Of a DNA stretch of 64,000 nucleotides, positions 9,829-19,256 are shown piece by piece (the first letter of the stretch is position 1; the number at the start of each line of letters is the position of its first letter). The notes beneath the pieces are model-generated. The model saw only the letters and a program-made list of their open reading frames with translations. It had not been told where the DNA came from and searched no databases. Source of the DNA: Coriobacteriia bacterium (GTDB lineage Bacteria > Actinomycetota > Coriobacteriia > Coriobacteriales > UMGS124); the NCBI GenBank assembly GCA_018368455.1, contig JAGZEG010000004.1, positions 19,617 to 83,616 on the forward strand. The letters run 5' to 3'. Position numbers and translations under genes: made by a program.

Positions 9829-11547
9829 ATGGGCCGGCGTGCCTTCGTTGCCGGGGCGCTGGCGACGGGTGCGATGCTGGCGCTGAGCGGCTGTGGCCAA
9901 GCTCAGGCTCCCGCGGCTTCCTCTGACGCCGCAGACACCTCTGACGGGGCGACTCTTTCCGACGGTGAAGTGAGCGCTGCCTCGTCCTCTGCCGACGCCG
10001 ACGCTGCCCACCGCGGCGGCTCGTTCGAGTTCGCGATCACGAACCCGGTTGCTATCGATCCGTACAACACGAACGAGAACCAAGGCTCGCTCGTCTCGGG
10101 CTTGCTGTTCGACGGCCTGACGACGTACGATTTCAAAGCGGGCAAGCTGGTGGGCGCGGCCGCCGAGAGCTGGGAGGGCAACGACGACGCGACGCAGTTC
10201 ACGTTCCACCTGCGCCCCGGCATGACGTTCCATAACGGTGACCCCGTCGACAGCGCCTCGTTTGCCCGCGGATGGAACCGCTTGTGCAATCCCGGCACCG
10301 ATTCGACGAACCCCTCGACCGTGAGCTCGTACATCTCGATGGTGGGTGGCTACGACGACGTGATGTCGGGCGCCTCTGACACGCTTGATGTCGAGTGCCC
10401 CGACGACCTCACGTTCGTCGTGAACCTCTCGTACTCCTGCGCTGAGTTCCCGCTCATCTGCTCGCGCGCGCCGCTGGCGCCCGTGCCCCAGGCCGCGCTT
10501 GACGACTACGACTCGTTCCGTGTGGCGCCCATCGGCAACGGTCCGTTCAAGATGGACGGCGAGTGGGTCGACGGCCAGTACATCAACCTGGTGCGCTTCG
10601 ATGACTACTACGGCGAGAAGCCGCTGATCGACGGCGTGAACTTCCACATCTTTAAGGACGAGAACTCGGCGTACGTCGAGTGGCAGGCCGGCAACCTCGA
10701 CCTGACGACCGTGCCCTCGGGTCAGGTGAAGGTCGTGCAGTCCGAGGTGGGCACCGCTGACGACGGCTACACGGTGCAGCCCGGCGCGCAGGTCGCTGAC
10801 GGTCCGGCACTCGGCACGTGGTTCATCGTGCTGAACAACGAGGACGAGAAGCTCTCCGACCCTACGCTGCGCCGCGCTCTGTCATGCGCCATCAACCGCC
10901 AGGCCATCTGCGACACGGTGTGGGAGGGCGTGCGCGAGCCTGCCGTGGGCATCGTGCCGCCGACGATCGGCGGGGCAGAGCGCTGCGGTTGGGACGACTG
11001 CGCGTATGACAAGGATCGCGCGGCCGAGCTGTTGGACGAGGCTGGCTACAAGGCTGGCGCCGACGGCAAGCGCGACCTGAGCCTCTCGCTGTCGTACAAC
11101 ACTGGCGGCGGCAACGAGACGATCATGCAGATGATCCAGGCTGACCTGGAGGCGCTGGGCATCACCGTCGAGGCGGAGGGCATGGAGATGGCCGCCTACC
11201 TCGACGAGCTGCGCGCCGACTATCAGGTGGGCCGCCTGGGCTGGGACGGCGGGTACCCGTCGCTCGACTCGTTCTTCTACTCGCTGTTTGACTCGAAGTC
11301 CGAGAACAACTTCTCGCGGTACCACAACGACGAGGTGGACGAGAAGATCGACGCGGCGCGCGCTATCGCCGACGACGAGAAGCGTGTGGATGCCTACGTC
11401 GAGATCAACGAGCTCGTGGCCAAGGACATGCCGGTTATCCCGATCGCGTACTACAACCTGAGCTACGTGAGCTCGGCGCGCGTGCATGACCTGTACATGA
11501 AGCCGTCATTCTCGACGGACTTTGTGGGGGCGTGGATCGAGAAGTAG
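9829..11547 (+). CDS. ABC transporter substrate-binding protein, family 5 (peptide/nickel type), lipoprotein; orphan (no adjacent permease)
   Basis: 'MGRRAFVAGALATGAMLALSGCG' is a Tat-like lipoprotein signal with a lipobox Cys. The body resembles DppA/OppA-type proteins ('FTFHLRPGMTFHNGDPV', 'YNLSYV'). The track ORF starts at 9700, so the start is uncertain. Confidence 0.85.
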   Translation: MGRRAFVAGALATGAMLALSGCGQAQAPAASSDAADTSDGATLSDGEVSAASSSADADAAHRGGSFEFAITNPVAIDPYNTNENQGSLVSGLLFDGLTTYDFKAGKLVGAAAESWEGNDDATQFTFHLRPGMTFHNGDPVDSASFARGWNRLCNPGTDSTNPSTVSSYISMVGGYDDVMSGASDTLDVECPDDLTFVVNLSYSCAEFPLICSRAPLAPVPQAALDDYDSFRVAPIGNGPFKMDGEWVDGQYINLVRFDDYYGEKPLIDGVNFHIFKDENSAYVEWQAGNLDLTTVPSGQVKVVQSEVGTADDGYTVQPGAQVADGPALGTWFIVLNNEDEKLSDPTLRRALSCAINRQAICDTVWEGVREPAVGIVPPTIGGAERCGWDDCAYDKDRAAELLDEAGYKAGADGKRDLSLSLSYNTGGGNETIMQMIQADLEALGITVEAEGMEMAAYLDELRADYQVGRLGWDGGYPSLDSFFYSLFDSKSENNFSRYHNDEVDEKIDAARAIADDEKRVDAYVEINELVAKDMPVIPIAYYNLSYVSSARVHDLYMKPSFSTDFVGAWIEK

Positions 11548-11580
11548 CTTTGCGCGCGAGGGGTTCGTGCACGTGAGATG

Positions 11581-11626
11581 GGGGGCGGCGAGCGCGGCTT
11601 GGATAGCGCTCGCCGCCCCTTTGCTC
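11581..11626 (+). terminator. Intrinsic terminator after the binding-protein gene
   Basis: Hairpin GGGGCGGCGAGCGC-loop-GCGCTCGCCGCCCC followed by TTTGCTCTG. Confidence 0.6.
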
Positions 11627-11739
11627 TGTCACGCTAGGGGAGCGCTGGGGTACAAGAACGGTGTCGAGCAAGTTCGCCAAATGCGTCGCCTGCTGGGTTT
11701 GGCGTGGCCGTGTCAGCCCCTGCTAGGAGGAGCCTCGTC

Positions 11740-12099
11740 ATGAGCGTCATCGCGAACATCCTATGGATCATCCTCGGCGGCCTGCCGCTCGCCATCGTGT
11801 GGACGATCGTTGGCCTGTTGTGGTGCGTCACGATTGTGGGCATTCCCGTGGGCGTGCAGTGCCTCAAGATCGCGCGTTTGGCGCTTGCACCGTTCGGTGC
11901 GGAGGTGCAGTACGGGGGAGGTGCGCCGTCGCTCATCCTCAACATCTTGTGGTTGATCTTCGGCGGCCTTGAGCTGGCACTTATCGGTGTTATCTCGGGT
12001 GCCATCCTGTGCATCACGATCATCGGCATTCCTGCCGGCTTGCAAGCGTTCAAGTTCGCACAGCTTGCTCTGATGCCGTTTGGCGCCAAGGTTGCCTGA
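11740..12099 (+). CDS. YccF-domain inner membrane protein (DUF307 repeat)
   Basis: Two repeats of 'NILW(I/L)I(L/F)GG...G(I/L)...C(V/I)TI(V/I)GIP.G.Q..K.A.LAL.PFGA'. RBS 'aggagg' lies upstream of ATG 11740. Confidence 0.8.
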   Translation: MSVIANILWIILGGLPLAIVWTIVGLLWCVTIVGIPVGVQCLKIARLALAPFGAEVQYGGGAPSLILNILWLIFGGLELALIGVISGAILCITIIGIPAGLQAFKFAQLALMPFGAKVA

Positions 12100-12100
12100 G

Positions 12101-12679
12101 ATGGGCTGCGAGAAAATCCTATTCGATGGCGTGGTGCAGCTGCGTGCGTTTCGCGAGAGCGACGCTGAGGCGATGTATCGCAACTGGGCAAACGATCCCG
12201 AGGTTACGCGCTACCTATCGTGGGAGCCGCACCGCGACGTGGGGGAGTCGCGCGAGCTCGTGACCCGCTGGGCGGCGGAAGGACTCGCCATAGACACGCC
12301 TACGTGGGCTATCGTGCTGGAGGGGCCCATAGAGGGCGTGCCGTTCTATCCCGATGAGCCCATCGGCTCCATTGGTATCGTTGCCTGGGACGCGGCTCAC
12401 GAGGCGCCTGAGATCGGCTACTGTATTGGACGACCGTGGTGGCACCACGGTGTCATGTCGCGGGCGCTGGCGCTCGTGGTGGAGGATTGCTTCGAGCATA
12501 GGGACGCCCAGCGTGTCGAGGCTATTCACGACGTGGATAACCCGCGGTCCGGCCTCGTTATGCAGCATTGCGGAATGGTGCGTGCATCCGAGGAGTGCGA
12601 GCTCCGCAACGGGCGTGCGTACTTGCGCTACGGCATTACGCGTGCCAGGTGGGAAGCGGTGCGCGGAGGGCTTGGGTAG
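12101..12679 (+). CDS. GNAT family N-acetyltransferase (RimJ/RimL-like)
   Basis: 'LRAFRESDAEAMYRNWANDPEVTRYLSWEPH' and '...IGYCIGRPWWHHGVMSRAL' are typical of RimJ/L-type GNATs. The ATG at 12101 directly follows the yccF-like stop. Confidence 0.75.
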   Translation: MGCEKILFDGVVQLRAFRESDAEAMYRNWANDPEVTRYLSWEPHRDVGESRELVTRWAAEGLAIDTPTWAIVLEGPIEGVPFYPDEPIGSIGIVAWDAAHEAPEIGYCIGRPWWHHGVMSRALALVVEDCFEHRDAQRVEAIHDVDNPRSGLVMQHCGMVRASEECELRNGRAYLRYGITRARWEAVRGGLG

Positions 12680-12868
12680 ACGGCGTGGGGCGGGTCGTTT
12701 TCGCGGGTGTGCCAGCGCTCCGGTGGCATGTCTGCGCGCTTCACGAGCTGCCCATGACGTTCTGCCATAATGCTCGCCACTGGCTTTATCGTGGCCCACC
12801 TGCCGCTTTGCGCGGCGAGCTGGCGGTGCCACTCCCATCCGCCCCGTTTCCCAAAGGACGGCAAAATC

Positions 12869-14548
12869 GTGGCAGAGTTTATCTACCAGATGTATCGCGC
12901 CCGCAAGGCGCACGGTGACAAGGTCATCCTCGACGACGTCACTCTGAGTTTCTACCCGGGTGCCAAGATCGGCGTCGTTGGCCCCAACGGTATGGGCAAG
13001 TCGACGCTGCTCAAGCTCATGGCCGGCATCGAGGAGGTCTCGAACGGCGAGGCCCGCCTCACGCCGGGCTACACCGTCGGTATCCTGCAGCAGGAGCCGC
13101 CGCTCGACGAGGACAAGACGGTCCTCGAGAACATCGAGCAGGCGTTTGGCGACGTCAAGGCCAAGATCGACCGCTTCAACCAGATCGGCGAGGAGATGGC
13201 CGCCCCTGACGCGGACTTCGACGCCCTCATGGCCGAGATGGGCAAGCTCCAGGACGAGATTGACGCCGCGAACGGCTGGGATCTCGACTCGCAGCTCTCG
13301 CAGGCCATGGACGCGCTGCAGTGCCCCGACCCTGACATGCCGGTTAACGTGCTTTCCGGTGGCGAGCGTCGCCGCGTCGCCCTGTGCAAGCTGCTGCTCC
13401 AGGCTCCCGACCTGCTGTTGCTCGACGAGCCGACGAACCACCTCGACGCCGAGTCCGTGCTGTGGCTCGAGCAGTTCCTCCACAAGTACCCCGGCGCCGT
13501 GCTCGCCGTGACGCACGACCGCTACTTCCTCGACAACGTTGCCGAGTGGATCTGCGAGGTCGACCGCGGCCAGCTTTACCCTTACAAGGGCAACTACTCC
13601 ACCTACCTCGAGACGAAGGCCGCCCGCCTCGCTGCCCAGGGCCAGCGCGAGGCCAAGCTCGCCAAGCGCATGCAATCCGAGCTTGAGTGGGTGCGCAGTT
13701 CTCCCAAGGCGCGCCAGGCCAAGAACAAGGCGCGTCTCGAGCGCTACGAGCAGATGGAGGCCGAGGCGCGCGCCGGCAAGCGCGTCGACGTGTCCGACAT
13801 CACGATCCCCGTAGGCCCGCGCCTGGGTGCCAAGGTGCTCGAGGCGCACAACCTGTGCAAGAGCTTCGGCGACCGTGTGCTCATTGACAACCTGTCGTTC
13901 AGCCTCCCGCGCAACGGCATCGTCGGCGTCATCGGCCCCAACGGCGTGGGCAAGACGACGCTGTTCAAGACGATCGTGGGCCTGGAGCCGCTGACGTCGG
14001 GCGAGCTCGAGATCGGCGAGACGGTCAAGCTGTCCTACGTTGACCAGATGCGTGGCGGCATCGATCCCGACAAGAACGTGTGGGAGGTCGTGTCCGACGG
14101 CAACGACGTCATCATCGTGGGCGAGAGCGAGATCCAGAGCCGCGGCTACGTCGCAGCATTCGGCTTCAAGGGCCCCGACCAGCAGAAGAAGGCCGGTGTG
14201 CTTTCCGGTGGCGAGCGCAACCGACTCAACCTGGCGCTGACGCTGCGCCAGGGCGGCAACCTGCTGCTGCTCGACGAGCCGACGAACGACCTGGACACCG
14301 AGACGCTCGAGAGCCTCGAGGAGGCGCTGCTGGCGTTCCCGGGCTGCGCCGTGGTGACGTCGCACGACCGCTGGTTCCTCGACCGCGTGGCGACGCACAT
14401 TCTGGCCTGGGAGGGCACCGACGAGGAGCCCGGTCGCTGGCACTGGTTCGAGGGCAACTTCGACGACTACCAGAAGGACCGCATCGCGCGCCTCGGCGAG
14501 GAGGCCGCCCGTCCGCATCGCCTGCATCGCAAGCTGACGCGCGACTAG
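12869..14548 (+). CDS. ettA: Energy-dependent translational throttle protein EttA (ABC-F ATPase)
   Basis: N-terminus 'AEFIYQMYRARKAHGDKVILDDVTLSFYPGAKIGVVGPNGMGKSTLLKLMAG' aligns with the E. coli EttA N-terminus. There are two ABC cassettes (GPNGMGKST, GPNGVGKTT; LSGGERRR, LSGGERNR). A GTG start at 12869 after 'aaaggacgg' gives approx 559 aa; the track ORF starts at 12770. Confidence 0.9.
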   Translation: MAEFIYQMYRARKAHGDKVILDDVTLSFYPGAKIGVVGPNGMGKSTLLKLMAGIEEVSNGEARLTPGYTVGILQQEPPLDEDKTVLENIEQAFGDVKAKIDRFNQIGEEMAAPDADFDALMAEMGKLQDEIDAANGWDLDSQLSQAMDALQCPDPDMPVNVLSGGERRRVALCKLLLQAPDLLLLDEPTNHLDAESVLWLEQFLHKYPGAVLAVTHDRYFLDNVAEWICEVDRGQLYPYKGNYSTYLETKAARLAAQGQREAKLAKRMQSELEWVRSSPKARQAKNKARLERYEQMEAEARAGKRVDVSDITIPVGPRLGAKVLEAHNLCKSFGDRVLIDNLSFSLPRNGIVGVIGPNGVGKTTLFKTIVGLEPLTSGELEIGETVKLSYVDQMRGGIDPDKNVWEVVSDGNDVIIVGESEIQSRGYVAAFGFKGPDQQKKAGVLSGGERNRLNLALTLRQGGNLLLLDEPTNDLDTETLESLEEALLAFPGCAVVTSHDRWFLDRVATHILAWEGTDEEPGRWHWFEGNFDDYQKDRIARLGEEAARPHRLHRKLTRD

Positions 14549-14796
14549 GCTGGGCGCGGGCGCGTCCTGCCCGAGGCGCGGCGCGGGGCTCGGCCGATGG
14601 GACGAGGCATCCTGATCATGATGACGCAGGGGCGACGGCACACGATGCTGCCGCCCCTGCGTTTTTCGCATCCAGGGTGCGGCGCCTTTCTTTCGGGCCG
14701 AAAAGACCGCACGGGCTGCAGCAAAAGACGGCAATCCGAGACGTCCCTGGGGGATGGGGCCTGGTGCGCTGCCAGAGCAGGAGGAGTTGGGCCTGC

Positions 14797-14940
14797 TTTG
14801 GTCAAAAGGGTGCCGCTTTGCGAGGATTTAGGGTGGGCTTCTCCCACCGTACGTTTTTTGTGCCGCGCTTACCTGGGGGTTTGTGGTGCCGTCGGGCGGA
14901 GATGAGGCGGTGATCCTCGCAAAGCAGGGGTGTTTTGACC
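14797..14940. repeat. MITE-like unit: imperfect 28-bp terminal inverted repeats flanking an approx 83-bp core with a hairpin/T-run
   Basis: Left arm GGTCAAAAGGGTGCCGCTTTGCGAGGAT (14800-14827). The reverse complement of the right arm (14912-14940) is GGTCAAAACACCCCTGCTTTGCGAGGAT; 22/28 match by hand alignment. The core has GGTGGG-cttc-TCCCACC followed by TTTTTT. It shares the TTGCGAGGAT core with the 25.1-kb repeats. Confidence 0.4.
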
Positions 14941-15127
14941 ATGCGAAGGCCTTTCGGTGCGTCTTTGGTTCAAGATGGGCGGTTTCGCCGGAAAGGATCG
15001 CTGGCGTCGACCCATCTGCACGGCCTGACATCTGGGCTTAGACCCGCTCGCTCCGACTTTGCGAGAAAAGAAGGCCTGCCCGTGTCGCCCCATCCCGGTA
15101 GAATGGCGCCAGGGAACGAGCGCAGAA

Positions 15128-16765
15128 ATGAGGGCAGGCATGGGGATGGGAAAGACGCGGGCGATGCGTTTGGGATCGGCACCGACGGTGGGCGAGGATG
15201 TCCGCGAGCAGACGGGCCCGAGGTCCATGGGCGGTACATCGTTGCCGAGCCTCGTGGCGCTGGGCGTGGGCATTGGCTGCATGTGGCTGCCGATCCACTA
15301 CTCGTTCTACCGCTATAGCATCGTCGGCGAGGGCCCCATCTACGCGTTGGCGCTTGCCGTCATGGCGCTTGCATGCGTGCTCGCTATCGCCCTGCGCTCG
15401 CGCCTGTCCGCCTGGCTTGCTCGCCGGCCCGTGCTCGTCGTGGGCGCCTCGCTGCTGACGCTCGCGGGCAACGGCTTGCTGCTCGGCCTGCCTTACCTGC
15501 CGCTGCCGCCGGGGCCTGCCGTCGCCATCCGCGTTGCGGCCGTCTCGCTGTACGCCGCGACGTTCGTGCTGCTGTTCTTTGCCTGGGTGCAGCGCATGGC
15601 TGACCTGATGTTCCAGGTGCCCATTGTCACGAGCGTCGGCGTTGTTGGGCTGTCCGTTACGGCGGTGTTCCTGCTGGTCAACCTGAGTTACGGAACGCCG
15701 CTCTACCAGGGCGCGGCTCTCGTGTGCCTCGCGGTGTCGGGCGCGTGCTGGCAGGCGTGCGCCATCGAGCCCGTCGAGGTCTCCGGCGGCCTGCGCCTGT
15801 TGCCGGCCGGTCGCACGATGCGCGAGTGGTCGCTGCTGTTCGTCGCGTTTCTGCTCGTGACGCTGCTTCACTCGGTGACGTTCTCGGCGGGCGGCCAGAG
15901 CGCGGAGCAGTCCGACTTCCCGACGCTGATGTTGCATCTCGTGCTCGTGCTGTTCGCGATGCCGTTCGCGGCGCTGCTGTGTGCGGGCCGCATGCGTGCT
16001 ATCTCGCCCCAACGCTCCCTGTCGCTCGTTGTCTCGCTCATCGTGGCATCTTACCTGGGGCTGCTGTGCGCGACGGCCATCCCGGGTGTCGTGACAGACG
16101 AGGGGCATCTCGCTGCGCTGACTGTCGTTCTGCGCACGCTGCGCATCTTCATCTTCGTCATGCTCATGACGATGTGCTACCAGGATGCCGCCGCTCCCGC
16201 CTCGACGTTTGGCCTGCTGTTCCTGCTGGTGGAGATCGTTGCCAACGCGCTGTGCTACCTCGTGGCTCCCGTCGTGTTCGCTGCGATCCCCGCCGAGCCA
16301 CACGACGTGTTCGTGCCGACATCGAGTGCCGTGGCGCTCGTGCTCATCGTGGTGCTAGGCGGCTTCTTGATGATGTACTTTGCCGGCAGCGGGCGCTTCG
16401 CGGCAGAGACGGATGCGCGTTTGCGGGATGCGAGCCGCCTGCCGGAGGAGCCTGAACCCGCGGGCTCCGATGCCGGCACTCCCTCTGAGACGCCTGCGAC
16501 CGAGCCGGCAGGGGAGACGGGGCCGTCAGATCGCGGCTCCCTGCGTCGCGAGCGCTGCCGAGAGATTGCGACTGCACACGGCCTGACGGAGCGCGAGGCC
16601 GACATCATGTACTACCTGAGCCTCGGCTTCTCGGTGAAGAAGATCGCCGACATGCTCGTCATCTCCGCAAACACCGTGGCGACCCACTCGGCGCGTCTCT
16701 ATCGCAAGCTCGATGTCCATGCGCGCCAGGAGCTCATCGATCTCGTCGATGGGGCGGATTTGTAG
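15128..16765 (+). CDS. Membrane-integrated LuxR-family transcriptional regulator
   Basis: C-terminal 'LTEREADIMYYLSLGFSVKKIADMLVISANTVATHSARLYRKLDVHARQELIDLV' (LuxR HTH) follows approx 400 aa of TM helices. The start is uncertain (track ORF 15059; ATGs at 15128 and 15227). A 'TAGAAT' -10-like box lies at 15098-15103. Confidence 0.8.
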   Translation: MRAGMGMGKTRAMRLGSAPTVGEDVREQTGPRSMGGTSLPSLVALGVGIGCMWLPIHYSFYRYSIVGEGPIYALALAVMALACVLAIALRSRLSAWLARRPVLVVGASLLTLAGNGLLLGLPYLPLPPGPAVAIRVAAVSLYAATFVLLFFAWVQRMADLMFQVPIVTSVGVVGLSVTAVFLLVNLSYGTPLYQGAALVCLAVSGACWQACAIEPVEVSGGLRLLPAGRTMREWSLLFVAFLLVTLLHSVTFSAGGQSAEQSDFPTLMLHLVLVLFAMPFAALLCAGRMRAISPQRSLSLVVSLIVASYLGLLCATAIPGVVTDEGHLAALTVVLRTLRIFIFVMLMTMCYQDAAAPASTFGLLFLLVEIVANALCYLVAPVVFAAIPAEPHDVFVPTSSAVALVLIVVLGGFLMMYFAGSGRFAAETDARLRDASRLPEEPEPAGSDAGTPSETPATEPAGETGPSDRGSLRRERCREIATAHGLTEREADIMYYLSLGFSVKKIADMLVISANTVATHSARLYRKLDVHARQELIDLVDGADL

Positions 16766-17065
16766 CTGTTCGTCGTAAAAGCCATCATTTCCGCAGCTCA
16801 AATGTGTCAAGTATCACCCTCATATTCGCGTACATGATTTCATGTGATGCGATCTTCATGGACGAAAAGCCCCTCGGATCATGGATTTCCGAGGTCGGCG
16901 TACGGTGGCGTTCGGCGTAGATTTCGACTCGTCAACGCGGAGCAGCCGCGGGGCACGCAAGCGAGCGCACGACATGCGCAGGCTTGCCCCCGCGGACGCA
17001 TCCGACATACGTACGACGTCCGAGCGGGCCGGCGCCCGCCGGGCATGACGAGAAGGAGAGTCCCC

Positions 17066-19144
17066 ATGAACGCCACCACCTCCACCCCCAAGCTCGAGCG
17101 CACCCGCCGCCAGTTCATCAAGACGGCTGGCGCCACCCTTCTGACGAGCGCCGCCGTCGCCGCCATGGCCGGCACCGGCTCGCAGGCCCTGGCCGCCTCG
17201 AAGTCGGCTGCAAACGACACGGCCACGAGCGTCGCTGACATCACGTGGGACGAAGAGTGCGATGTCCTCGTCGTTGGCGCTGGCCTGGCCGGCACGACGG
17301 CCGCCATCACGGCGGCCCAGAACGGCGCGAAGGTCCTGCTGCTCGAGAAGAGCCCGTGGATGAATGGTGGCGGCAACTCCAAGTACAGCTCGGGCTGGGC
17401 GCTGTTCACGTACAACGTCGAGGGCACGGCCACCTATCTTAAGAACTGCCGCGGCGACTTCGACGCCTCGCCCGACGCCATCTACGAGGCCTTCGCTGCC
17501 AACCTGGCCGAGAGCGACGACTGGGTGCTCGGCCTCAACCCGCCCGAGAACAACATGGGCTACTCCGCGACGCCCGAGGCCTCCTCTGACTACGGCGAGT
17601 ACAACGAGCACGAGGGCTCGCAGTGGAACGCCTGCATCTGCATGCAGCCTATGAACAAGCCGGGCACCTATCGTCACCTGCAGTTCTTCCTGATGGACAA
17701 GATCCGCGACGACTTTGCCGACCTCATCACCGAGAAGGTCAGCGCCCCTCTGACGGCCCTGGTGCAGGACCCGCAGTCCAAGGCGGTCATCGGCGGTGTC
17801 TACGAGTTCGAGGGCGCCTCGGTCTACGTCAAGGCCAACGCCGGCGTCGTCATGGCCTGTGGCGGCTTCGAGGCTGACCGCACGATGTGCCAGGACTATC
17901 TCTCCATGCCCGTGTACCATACGGTCGCTGCTCCGTTCAACACCGGTGACGGCCACCGCATCTGCGCCAAGCTGGGCGCCGACATGTGGCACATGAACTC
18001 GCTGGCCGGCGGCTGGACGAACTGCGTTGCGCTCGACGGCAGCAGCCACGGCACGTATCGCTGCCTCGAGAAGCAGATGGGCATCACCGTGGGCATCAAC
18101 GGCCGCCGCTTCTATATGGACTGGGACGGCTGCACGACGTACGACTACGACTTCGGCCCTGGCTCCGACGCCAGCGTGCACGTGGGCTGCCGCCACGGCC
18201 ACCAGCAGTTCGGCGGCGAGTTCACGCACCTGCCGATGCCCGGCGTGACGTGGTTCGTCTACGACTCGGCGGCTGCTGCTGACGAGAAGACGCCGGCCTA
18301 CCACAACATGAGCGGCGACCCCGTGGCCGACGGCTACGGCTACGTGGCCGACACGCTCGAGGAGCTCGCCGAGCAGATGGGCGTGCCTGCCGAGGAGCTC
18401 ACGACGACGGTGGCGCAGTGGAACGAGGCCGTCGCGGCTGGCAAGGACCCGTACTACTTCCGTCCCGATCACACGCTGACCCCCATCGAGACCGCCCCGT
18501 TCTACGCGGTGAAGTGCGAGCCCGAGCTGCTGAACACCGACGGTGGCCCCCGTCGTGACGAGCATGCCCAGATCCTCGACATCGACGGCGAGCCCATCCC
18601 CGGCCTGTTCTCGGCTGGCGAGTTTGGCAGCGTGTGGTGCCGCGACTACCAGGGCGGCGGCAACCTGGGCGAGTGCCTGGCCTGGGGCCGTCTGGCGGCT
18701 CGCAGCGCCCTGGGCATCGAGGTTGACCCGACGCAGTTCGAGCCGACGAACGAGGTCGAGGACGCCTTCCTGGCGGCCGGCGGCAAGCAGGGCGCGCTCA
18801 ACCAGTACACCGACGCGTTCAAGGAGGCTCGTGCCGCGGAGCGCGAGGCCGGCGCGAAGGCTGACGCCGAGGCCACGTACAAGGACGGCAGCTACGAGGG
18901 CGTGGCGTACGGCATGGGCGAGGAGGTGCCGGTGACGGTCGTCGTGAGCGGCGGCAAGATCTCCGAGGTTACCGTTGGCGACAACCAGGAGACGGCTGGC
19001 ATCGCCGACAAGGCCATCGAGCAGCTGCCGCCGGCGATCGTCGAGGGCAACGGCGTCAACGGCCTGGACTGCATCAGCGGCGCGACCGTGACGTCGCTGG
19101 CGATCATGAACGCCGTCGAGGCAGCGCTCACCCAGGCAAAGTAA
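17066..19144 (+). CDS. Tat-exported flavoprotein reductase: N-terminal FAD-binding fumarate-reductase-like domain plus C-terminal FMN_bind domain
   Basis: Tat signal 'TRRQFIKTAGATLLTSAAVAAMAGTGSQALA'. 'DVLVVGAGLAGTTAAITAAQNGAKVLLLEKSPWMNGGGNS' is the FAD fold. The C-terminal 'VTVVVSGGKISEVTV...GLDCISGATVTSLAIMNAV' is FMN_bind. RBS 'gaaggagag' lies upstream of ATG 17066. Confidence 0.85.
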   Translation: MNATTSTPKLERTRRQFIKTAGATLLTSAAVAAMAGTGSQALAASKSAANDTATSVADITWDEECDVLVVGAGLAGTTAAITAAQNGAKVLLLEKSPWMNGGGNSKYSSGWALFTYNVEGTATYLKNCRGDFDASPDAIYEAFAANLAESDDWVLGLNPPENNMGYSATPEASSDYGEYNEHEGSQWNACICMQPMNKPGTYRHLQFFLMDKIRDDFADLITEKVSAPLTALVQDPQSKAVIGGVYEFEGASVYVKANAGVVMACGGFEADRTMCQDYLSMPVYHTVAAPFNTGDGHRICAKLGADMWHMNSLAGGWTNCVALDGSSHGTYRCLEKQMGITVGINGRRFYMDWDGCTTYDYDFGPGSDASVHVGCRHGHQQFGGEFTHLPMPGVTWFVYDSAAAADEKTPAYHNMSGDPVADGYGYVADTLEELAEQMGVPAEELTTTVAQWNEAVAAGKDPYYFRPDHTLTPIETAPFYAVKCEPELLNTDGGPRRDEHAQILDIDGEPIPGLFSAGEFGSVWCRDYQGGGNLGECLAWGRLAARSALGIEVDPTQFEPTNEVEDAFLAAGGKQGALNQYTDAFKEARAAEREAGAKADAEATYKDGSYEGVAYGMGEEVPVTVVVSGGKISEVTVGDNQETAGIADKAIEQLPPAIVEGNGVNGLDCISGATVTSLAIMNAVEAALTQAK

Positions 19145-19177
19145 GGCGCGAACTCCGGGGATCGCGAGTCATAGCGT

Positions 19178-19230
19178 GAAAACGGGACGGCCCCACAGCG
19201 CGACAAACGCTGCGGGGCCGTCCCTTTGTG
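19178..19230. terminator. Bidirectional intrinsic terminator between convergent reductase genes
   Basis: Hairpin GGGACGGCCCCACAGCG-loop-CGCTGCGGGGCCGTCCC, flanked by an A-run upstream (gaaaac) and a T-run downstream (tttgtgg). Confidence 0.6.
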
Positions 19231-19256
19231 GAGCGATAGGCTATCGGGTGGGCGGC

